This document shows positions 48,767-58,500 of a DNA stretch of 64,000 bases, in pieces (positions within the stretch are counted from its first letter, which is position 1; the number at the start of each line of letters is the position of its first letter). Made by a program: the position numbers and the translations under genes. The DNA comes from Macrostomum hystrix. Its lineage: Eukaryota; Animalia; Platyhelminthes. The stretch is taken from positions 2,976,001 to 3,040,000 of the forward strand of contig CATNEN010000034.1 in NCBI GenBank assembly GCA_950097015.1. The letters are read 5' to 3'. The notes below the pieces were generated by a model that was not told where the DNA came from, did not search any database, and worked only from the letters and a program-made list of their open reading frames with translations.

Positions 48767-49142
48767 AATGTTAATTTTTTTCTGTTTATTTCTCTGAGTC
48801 GAGTTTTGAATTCGGCATTAATTTTTTTTATTTCATTGGTTAGCTCAGGCTCTGGTACGAGCGCAAAGTTTTCCTAATCCTAGCTCAAATCAACGAATCA
48901 CAGTCGAGCCTGAGTTGTCCAAAAAAACAAGGTAAGTACGCTGGGGAGAGTCGTCAGGTGAAAGAAACTTCCTTCTGGTTGCTATGGAGACAACAATGCG
49001 ATGGACAAAGCAATCCAAGGCTACATTAGGCAGTGCTGTGACTGAATTGGAACAAGTTCCCGCAAGCGGGTCCGTCCCAAGTCCATTCTATAAACAGTTT
49101 GCCGATTTTGTTCACAAGCACAAAGGAAATCGATAAAGAACA

Positions 49143-52100
49143 ATGACTACTTTTCTTCTCATGCTGCTGCTTGTCACTTCCTGGTCAGGAAGTGCTGGCT
49201 TTGCCAATGCCGCCACCGTAACAGGTGAGAGAAGCGAGTTCATACCACATCCTAGAGCCTTGGTTACTTACAGCCTTTGCTGTGTCACTGCCGTTTGTGT
49301 CACTGCCCTGTGTGTGTCACTGCCGTGTGTGTGTCACTGCCGTGTGTGTGTCACTGCCGTGTGTGTGTCACTGCCGTGTGTGTGTCACTGCCGTGTGTGT
49401 GTCACTGCCGTGTGTGTGTCACTGCCGTGTGTGTGTCACTGCCGTGTGTGTGTGTCACTGCCGTGTGTGTGTCACTGCCGTTTGTGTGACTGCCGTGTGT
49501 GTGTGTGACTGCCGTGTGTGTGTGTGTCACTGCCGTGTTTGTGTCACTGCCGTGTGTGTGTCACTGCCGTGTGTGTGTGTGTCACTGCCGTGTGTGTGTG
49601 TGTCACTGCCGTGTGTGTGTGTGTCACTGCCGTGTGTGTCACTGCCGTGTGTGTGTCACTGCCGTGTGTGTGTGTCACTGCCGTGTGTGTCACTGCCGTG
49701 TGTGTCACTGCCGTGTGTGTCACTGCCGTGTGTGTCATAAAATTGTCACACCAGTATATTCCACTTCCATTGCGCAGTGCCTTGCTGCTGTGTGTCCTGT
49801 TTGCTTTTGTCGTTGCTGTGAAAAAGTCTTCAGGAAAATTTAAATAGGGAGTGAAATTGAAGTTGCTGAGAATCACGGAGATGATCGATAGTGATGTGTG
49901 ACTGTGCGATCATCACTATTTACTTTTTGTTATAGCAGTTTTTTACTTTCGCTTCCGCTATAGCTTGTACGAAAAGCTAGTTCTTGGCCGTCGAATTTTA
50001 TGCAAAGCACTTTTTTCATGAAATCCGCATTAACTAAAAACACGCTGTTTGCTTAGGCAGACCCAGTTTTTTATGTGGAAGATAAAAACCTATGAATGCA
50101 GTATGCATCAGATGCGAATTGTAAGTTTAAGACTTTTTAGACTCTGCACCAAAAAAATGAGAGAGCTACACTATGATTGGCACCTCTACAGGTCTTTGTT
50201 TGCTTTACCTCGAAGTTTAACCAAGCAGCTAATTACGAGCAATCAGGAAATTGACATTTTGATTTCTACACAAACCCTGAAGCACAGGTCAGAAATAGAA
50301 TTATATTCTTGCTAACTTAATGGGTGGGTGGAGAGATTGCATGGTAACACAAATTAAGTCTGTAGGTTAACAGGTTAACAGGTGAGCAGTTAACCTACAG
50401 AACACATGTGCTTGTAAGCAGTTAACCTACAGAACACCTGTGAGCATGTGAGCAGTTAACCTACAGAACACCTGTGGGTATGTGAGCAGTTAACCTACAG
50501 AACACCTGTGAGCATGTGAGCAGTTAACCTACAGAACACCTGTGAGCATGTGAGCAGTTAACCTACAGAACACCTGTGAGCATGTGAGCAGTTAACCTAC
50601 AGAACACCTGTGAGCATGTGAGCAGTTAACCTACAGAACACCTGTGAGCATGTGAGCAGTTAACCTACAGAACACCTGTGAGCATGTGAGCATTTAACCT
50701 ACAGAGTCGTTCCCCCTCTAACCGGGTTGCATCGGGCAGTTCTATTCGAGCAGGCGGTTGCTAGTTGTCCTTCTAGCGCTGTCACCGTCGTAGCCAAAGA
50801 TCCGCAGCCGGCGGACAGGCTTGAGTGCGCTGCTCGCTGCAGCCTGATTCCGGACGACGCTGCCACGCCGTGCCTGTCGTTCAGTTTCGTTGGCGGCGTC
50901 TGCGTGCTGTCCAGTTCAGCGGACTGCGCCGCCGCCGATGCGCCAGTTGTGTTCAGAAGGCGAAGAAATGCTAATCGTAAGTAAACGCGGATGCCATTTC
51001 ACACTAGAAGCATTTGCACTTAAGTTGGCCACACAAAGTTCTTAGCTAGTGGTTCTAGACTAGGATTATTGATTTCAGACCAGCCGTGAATAGAGGCGCT
51101 GGTTTTCTTTCGTCTAGTATTTTAGTGAGGACTAATTGACACATTAAACAGTAAACCTGGTCAACTATACATACACAGCTTCCCTTGCACTTTTAATTTC
51201 TGACTAGTACATACGAGCTAAAGTACCATTTTTTGTTGAGGTTAATAATCGTTACCAATTATAATAAAATATAATTCAAATGCAGCTGTTACCGCCAGTG
51301 GATCGGTTGCCTTTGCCGGATTTGTTCAGACAATCGGCGCCAGGCAGTTCTGGGTGTTTCAGCAGCGGCGCAGCGGTGCCGTCAACTTTAATCGCAACTG
51401 GACCGAATACGAGCGCGGCTTCGGCGATAGCAACGACTTCTGGAGTGGTGAGTCTGTTTAAAGCCGGCATTTTCCGGGATTTGTCGTATTTTTTTTATAC
51501 GAGCATATATGTCGACGAAAATATAACGACGCGAATTAAAGTCCGTTGGAGGAAATCGTGATATATTTAGGATTAGCATGCAAATTTAATGACCACAATG
51601 AATTAGAAAATCATGATGGGAGAATCTAAGTGGGAAAATCTGGGTGGGAGAATCTGGGTGGGAGAATCATGCTGTGAGAATCAGGTGGGAGAATCATGGT
51701 GGGAGAATCAAGGTGGGAGAATCAAGGTGGGAGAATCAAGGTGGGAGAATCAAGGTGGGAGAATCAAGGTGGGAGAATCAAGGTGGGAGAATCAAGGTGG
51801 GAGAATCAAGGTGGGAGAATCAAGGTGGGAGAATCAAGGTGGGAGAATCAAGGTGGGAGAATCAAGGTGGGAGAATCAATGTGGGACACTCTTGATTAGA
51901 GAATCAAGGTGGGAGAATCGTGGTGGGAGAATCTTGATGAGAGAATTAAATGGGAGAACTCCTAAATGTAAATTTTCATGATACGAGCGAAGAATCCCAG
52001 TCTTTGTCTTCTTTGACTTCTCAGAGCACTAAATTTAGAATAATCCTATAAGCACTAATAAGCACTAAAATATCAACTTAAAAAATCGTTGTAAACCAAT

Positions 52101-52526
52101 TCAGGTCTCAGGGCCATCTGCAACTTCACCGGATCCCTCGGACGCACCATGCGCGCCGAGATGATCGCCTATGACGGCACGTTCTTCGCCTCTGAGTGGT
52201 CAAACTTCGCTGTAGCTGGCCCGGACTCCAACTACACAATGACCTACGCCTCCTACCTGTCGGCCTCTTCCAACACTAGCGGCGACTCGCTGTTCTTTCA
52301 TAGAAATATGCAATTCTCCACATTGGACCGGGACAATGACAGAGCCAACTCGATGTCTTGCGCCCTGACCTGGGGTGGCGGCTTCTGGTTCAACAACTGC
52401 CTGTACTTCAATGCCCACGGTCCCTATTCGGCTGTCAACCAGAATGGCAATTCCAACTACATGTCCAACATGTACGCGCAAAACTACAAGACTCTGGTCC
52501 AAGTGCGGCTCATGCTGCAGTTCTAG
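49143..52526 (+). CDS. Secreted PAN/Apple-like + fibrinogen C-terminal (FReD) protein C, about 300 aa; exons 49143-49224, 50740-50976, 51286-51447, 52105-52526
   Basis: Signal peptide MTTFLLMLLLVTSWSGSAGFANA; PAN exon (CPSS..RLECAARC..CLSFSFVGGVCVLSSSADC); FReD motifs WVFQQRRSGAVNFNRNWTEYERGFG..FWSGL and FSTLDRDND..CALTWGGGFWFNNC. All three introns are phase 1 with GT-AG; branch CTAAC at about 50717. Confidence 0.88.
49281..49737. repeat. GTCACTGCC(GT)n compound mini/microsatellite, intron 1 of gene C
   Basis: Direct reading. Confidence 0.95.
50382..50704. repeat. 34-bp minisatellite (GTGAGCAGTTAACCTACAGAACACCTGTGAGCAT), intron 1 of gene C
   Basis: Direct reading, about 9-10 copies. Confidence 0.95.
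51617..51958. repeat. 14-bp minisatellite (GGGAGAATCAAGGT), intron 3 of gene C
   Basis: Direct reading. Confidence 0.95.
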
Positions 52527-55500
52527 CTCGTCGATAAGGATTATGAACAAGACGATATACTTCTGCAGATTTGTCACGTTTAAGCGACAGAAAAAATATT
52601 TCAAAACGATTTGATGCTAATTTCACTTTTTTAGTAAAGAAGCCGCAAATTATTTGGTTGAGCTTCGGAAATAAAAATGCATACAAACGGATGACTAGAA
52701 GCTAAGTAACAATAATCTGTTCAATTAAATTAAACAAAAGTGGATTCTATCAATGAATTAAGCGTCATAATTCATGAATTGATGTGTACGTTTATCAATC
52801 AGAGTGTCTTTTCGTCAAGCTTTACATAATTTAGGAAAAAACTGTCGCATTAGATTACTTTTACGTGACAAAAAGGTATTATATGTGTACTGATATGTAT
52901 ATTGTTAGAGTGAGAGTGAGAGTATGAAAATAATTAATGCGGCCTTAATTTCTATTGAGAATTTCAATTCGAAGCGATACTTTTTATTTAGGTTTATCGT
53001 AGTCGTCTTTTCCATTGCAAAGAGCTTTTTGATATTACATATATGTTTGAATAGATTAGACTGAGTTACGTACACGTACATCGCACGCATTAATTTGATT
53101 ACATTTGCTCTCTTTTTCTGTTAGCTTGTATTATGCCATGCACATTTATGTTAGGTAAATTTATATTTATTACAATAATGAAGTTTACATTTAAGCTACA
53201 TTCATACATTTCAGTGCTCCCGTGCAGCGTGGCATATCCCCACTTATAGAGTCCGTGGTTATAATTGCCATGTAATGGCGAGACAACGGGGGTTAAGGCT
53301 ACAACGCAATTCAGGGGTGTCTTTTGTAGAGTAACAGTAAAATTTGACAAAATGACAAGTTCCCTAAATCATCTCGAGGCTAGTTCTATGCAATCTTAGG
53401 TCCTTAAAATAAAAAATTGTAGATAGTAGTGCTTATTAGTATAAACAATTTTAATAACAAAAATATTTTGCGATTTTATAGCACAACTTTTCAGGATTTT
53501 TGATACACAAAAATAATATCTAATACAAGAATTGAAGCTTGTCTTTGTTATACTCAAATAAAATTTTAAACTAGCGTCGTCGTGCATCGTGGACCACAGA
53601 GCCGCCTCGGTCGGGGAACCCATACACCCTCGGTCATGCTCTCAACAGGTGCATCTTAGTGTTTAGAACTGCGTCATTGTTGACAAGTTAGCTTAGTACA
53701 CAGCCTTACTTTAGAGTTTTTTAGCTGATTCCAGTAATATCATTTACATCTTTTGAATTGTTATAACGCGATTTTTCTGTGAAGTTTTTAGAGAAATGTT
53801 TAAGTGGAACATTGAAATATGCTAGAATAAAAAGCTGTAATGTTGTATAGTATCTTGTAGACCTAACCTGCTATGAAATTTACTGTCATAATACTAGTTC
53901 AACTGACTAAGTCGAATAAACAGGATTTGCCTTACTTTATTCTTAAGTTACCTATTGAATGATTGACAATGGAGTGAAAGGTAGCTAGCTATCCAATTCA
54001 TTGGTCCAATGGAAGTATTTTAGTAGAGATAATAAATATTTTAAGGGCTGGAATGTTCCTTGCCATACCAGCAAAAATTTTTTTATTCCTTTCATTAAGA
54101 AGTGTAGCAGCTTAAGTGCTCAGAATCAATTTGCTTAAAAACCAAAGCCATTTTTACAGAGAACTTGTTGTTAAATTTGGCTGTTACTAGCGATAGCCAC
54201 AATGATAAATGATGTATGAAGTTCTAAACCTGTGAGTCATTTATTTTCTTTCGATGTGTGTTCTTAACTTTCAAAATCTTGGACTATATATGAACTTAAT
54301 ATTGCTGTTAATTATAGCTAACTATGAACTATAAACGAAATATCTTTAAGTAAGGCTTTTTTCAAAAAGGTAAACTTCATATCTAGCTTTTGTTATGATT
54401 ATTCATAGTTTCATTTAGGAATAAGCCATAGTCTTGATCATAACATGGTATAAGCCAAGCTAAAATTTCTAATCCTTTTGATTTATATGCTAGGAACTAC
54501 TCCTTTTGTGACTATACCAACTCTTAAACTTGTTGCCTTATTATATACCAATGTCATCCAAAGTCTTTCAAACCAAGAAAACTTTAATTACTAGAGCCAT
54601 CAAAAACATATGACCAACTTTTAGGCCGCGTTAGCCTCAAGAGCCGCTGAAATGTTAGGCAACTTTTGCACAACTTTTTACACACTTTAGACACTTCACC
54701 CACACAGGTGGCTCTAAAATTCTTAAATACGGTCCAATCCAAACTGCAAAAAATGTGCAAATACTGGTCAAGCTTCTCATATGATCTGTAAATAGCCCAC
54801 CACGGCGGCTATCAGAATTCATCAGGATAGAGAGAAAAGGTCTATGAAGCAAAGCAACTCCATGAGACCATGACAAAGTTGCTACTGAATATCTGTACTG
54901 GCTTGTCTTATAAGAAACCCCAAACAGGATTTTTTTCTGTCCTAAAGGCAGTGTGAAAATGCCCAAAAGAATCCTCAATTGTGTCCTATTTCTTGATCAT
55001 AGAACTAAAAATGTGCAGCATCTCAAATGTTGGGACTAGGACTTGGAAGCTGTGTACACCAGTTAAGCATATATAGCACTAAACAAAGCATATAAAACAT
55101 AGTAAGAAAAAACAGTTATTGAACAGAAGGTTCATGATAACAAACCTGCAACACAGCCAATCCTTGACTGCGGCTGAGCAAGCTGATTTGCGTGCATAAT
55201 GATTTGATGCAAACAGACTCCATGCGCTTTATCATGCACATCAACAAGATTGATGTGCAAGATTAAGAAAATTTGCATCCCATACAATGAGCACATTAGT
55301 AACAGCGCCTTCTTTATATGCCACGGCTAACTTCTCACTCACAGTTGCTTGGAATAGTTAATTTTGGTATTGGCCGTCAGCAACAAAGTTGACTATGATT
55401 TATTGAAGACATGAAGTTGACCAATGCGTCGAAAAGCCGCTCCACTAATGCTGGATTGGGCGGCGCTGTCAGCAGCTGTTTAACTGCTTCTTCGCCTGCT

Positions 55501-55580
55501 TCAACAGGCAGCCTTAGTTTTAACAAGTGGCACACTTTGCGATGGTCAGGACAGACAAAGAATTGGATACAAGGTTGGAT

Positions 55581-58500
55581 ATGGAGACTCAATATAAGGT
55601 GCTACTGTTTGTCAGATTTTATGTCACGGTTTTTAGACTCGAAACAGTCTAATCAAGTATAAACACAGCAGATTGTCAACAGTCTACACTCTTCACAAGG
55701 CACTGACAGTTAAAATAAAACAGTCAAGACAACTCACATATTCCTTTGAAAATTGTAAACTACTACTCAGCTTCACAATGAAAGTAGTTTGTTCGCATAT
55801 ACATTTCCAAACATCACGCGACACCTAATCGGGCATTCTATGGATTTTCTGTACAGCAGATACAGGCAGTTTCCACAGTAGATAAATTATTATTAGTAAC
55901 AGCTGATCTCGCTGGTCAACCTGTTCACAACAGAAAATGTTAGCTTTTAACATTTATTCCAATGATGCTAAAATTTCTTAACATAAATAGCGTTCCATAC
56001 ACATTGATTTGTAAGGTCTTGTTTGGTGTGTCCATAAAATAAGCTCATATTTAGCTACTATAACATAATTTTCTACTAATTGCAGTTACAACACTCCAGA
56101 TCGATTTGTGGTGCAGCCTCATCAAAATGGCAAGGAGACACTTGTTATTGACAAGCAGACTGGAGAAATATCTGTCACTAGTAAGTTTTAAATTGTCATC
56201 TGACCCTTGGTTTTCTTTACTACATATACTACCCAGTGCACAGTGATGTTTTCCGTGTTTCATCCGATGGAGTATTTATCTCCTATGATTGATATTATAT
56301 TTTTACTGCTGAGTGAACCGTATTTTCGATATAGGTTGCAGCCACTATACTGGATAATATAATTTAGGCTACTTGGTAATATTACATTTTCGTATCTCTC
56401 ATAATTTATATTTTTGACAACATATCGGCACGTTATTAACCCAACATAGCCCTGGCAAGGCTTCTAGAGTCTGGACCCACTATGCAATCTTAAGTCCCTC
56501 AGTAAATTTAGCAGTACAGGAAAGGAAAAATGTCAGTAAATTGATTTTCACGTGACCCTATTTTAATACTTCCTCCAAAGCCGACGCGCAGGCCGTCAGT
56601 CGCCTCATTGTTGGGTCACCGCCAGTCCCAATCTACGGTCTGTTAGGCGTCCTCAGATTATTATCCGGGCCTCACCTGATGATTGTGCTAGCAAGGCGCC
56701 AGATTGGCACACTGGCTGGTCACTGTCTGTGGCTAGTGGAATCGGCGGATGTCATCCCGTATTGTCGATCTACTCTGCACCTGAGCCGCGGCGCATTAGC
56801 TGATAACGATGTCTACCTGCAGCTGGTGCGAGAAGCATTACGCACTCCTGGCTACTATTTCTCCTACACAATGGATTTAACTCGCAGTGCACAGAGTGCC
56901 TATGGATATCGCGCTGCCCAGTTCACTGCAGATGAGTCAGCACTAGCGGCCTCTGCTTCTGTTGAGTCTGTGCCATTGTGCGATAGAGCGGACGAGCGCT
57001 TTGTCTGGAACTATAATTTATTGACCGAGCTGAAACCATTTGGTCGATTTGCGCTGCCTATTGTGCACGGCTTCGTGTGCATCAAAACGCTGCCATTTCA
57101 GGTACTTCTTCCTGCAAATTCAAATTCAGATACGCAAATTCAAATACCCTGTTTCATTACTCACCCATCCTTCACCTAGCCTCCCAGTTTCAGTATCCAG
57201 CCTTCCAGATCCCCAGTTTCAGTATCCAGCCTTCCAGATCCCCAGTTTCAGTATCCAGCCTTCCAGATCCCCAGTTTCAGTATCCAGCCTTCCAGATCCC
57301 CAGTTTCAGTATCCAGCCTTCCAGATCCCAAGTTTCAGTATCCAGCCTTCCAGATCCCCAGTTTTTAGTATTTAGCCTTCCAGATCCCCAGTTTCAGTAT
57401 GCAGCCTTCCAGATCCCAAGTTTCAGTATCCAGCCTTCCAGATCCCCAGTTTCAGTATCCAGCCTTCCAGATCCCCAGTTTCAGTATCCAGCCTTCCAGA
57501 TCCCCAGTTTCAGTATCCAGCCTTCCAGATCCCCAGTTTCAGTATCCAGCCTTCCAGATCCCCAGTTTCAGTATCCAGCCTTCCAGATCCCCAGTTTCAG
57601 TATCCAGCCTTCCAGATCCCAAGTTTCAGTATCCAGCCTTCCAGATCCCCAGTTTTTAGTATCTAGCCTTCCAGATCCCCAGTTTCAGTATGCAGCCTTC
57701 CAGATCCCAAGTTTCAGTATCCAGCCTTCCAGATCCCCAGTTTCAGTATCCAGCCTTCCAGATCCCCAGTTTCAGTATCCAGCCTTCCAGATCCCCAGTT
57801 TCAGTATGCAGCCTTCCAGATCCCAAGTTTCAGTATCCAGCCTTCCAGATCCCTAGTTTTTAGTATCTAGCCTTCCAGATTCCCAGTTTTTAGTATCTAG
57901 CCATTCCATCGTTCGCTGTTTAGGGTCGCAAATTTGACTACGCCCTCGTTAGTCGACGGTCCCGCCATCGCGCCGGCGTCCGCTACTACACCCGCGGTGT
58001 TGACGATTCTGGCTGCGCCGCCAACTATGTCGAAACCGAACAGATTGTAGTCGTGCCCTCCTTTGCAGGGTCGTCAGCTAGCCCTACTTTGTTCAGCTTT
58101 GTTCAGACTCGCGGCTCTGTGCCTCTGATCTGGTCTCAGTATCCGAATTTGTTGTACAAACCGACTCCGTCTTTAAGCCAGGATTGGGATCGACAATTAA
58201 ATGCATTTCTAGCGCACTTTAATGATCAGGTAATTTATCTCATTTTAATTTAAAATTTACGTTTATTTCTACTTACAGTAGAATAGTTCGTCTCATGAAA
58301 TGATGGCTCGCAAGCAGTAGACCAAAATGATGCATACTCCGTGTTTCATCTGACAATCGGCTTTGGCCAATGTTTGATGTCAAACATTTTCTTTCTACTG
58401 ATTAATTGGCATATGACAACTGCATGAGCCTATTGTTATTATGTATACAAGCCTTGTTTTTAATTAGAATTTTATTATAATATACCTACGTTCCTACTTT

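Noticed and set aside
40366-51981. Long repetitive ORFs over the arrays (for example 41982-43259, 43756-46542, 48156-48797, 49225-49876)
   Set aside because: By-products of stop-free tandem repeats, open in several frames and on both strands, lying in introns or spacers. A possible acceptor at 49273 could splice the signal exon to a Cys/Val repeat ORF, but nothing else supports it.
55377-55592. Minus-strand ORF with LLTAPPNPALVERLF resembling a hAT dimerisation motif, plus other fragments at 54655-55330
   Set aside because: The match is short, there is no other transposase motif or TIR, and the same bases read as CCAAT/GC boxes upstream of Sac1.
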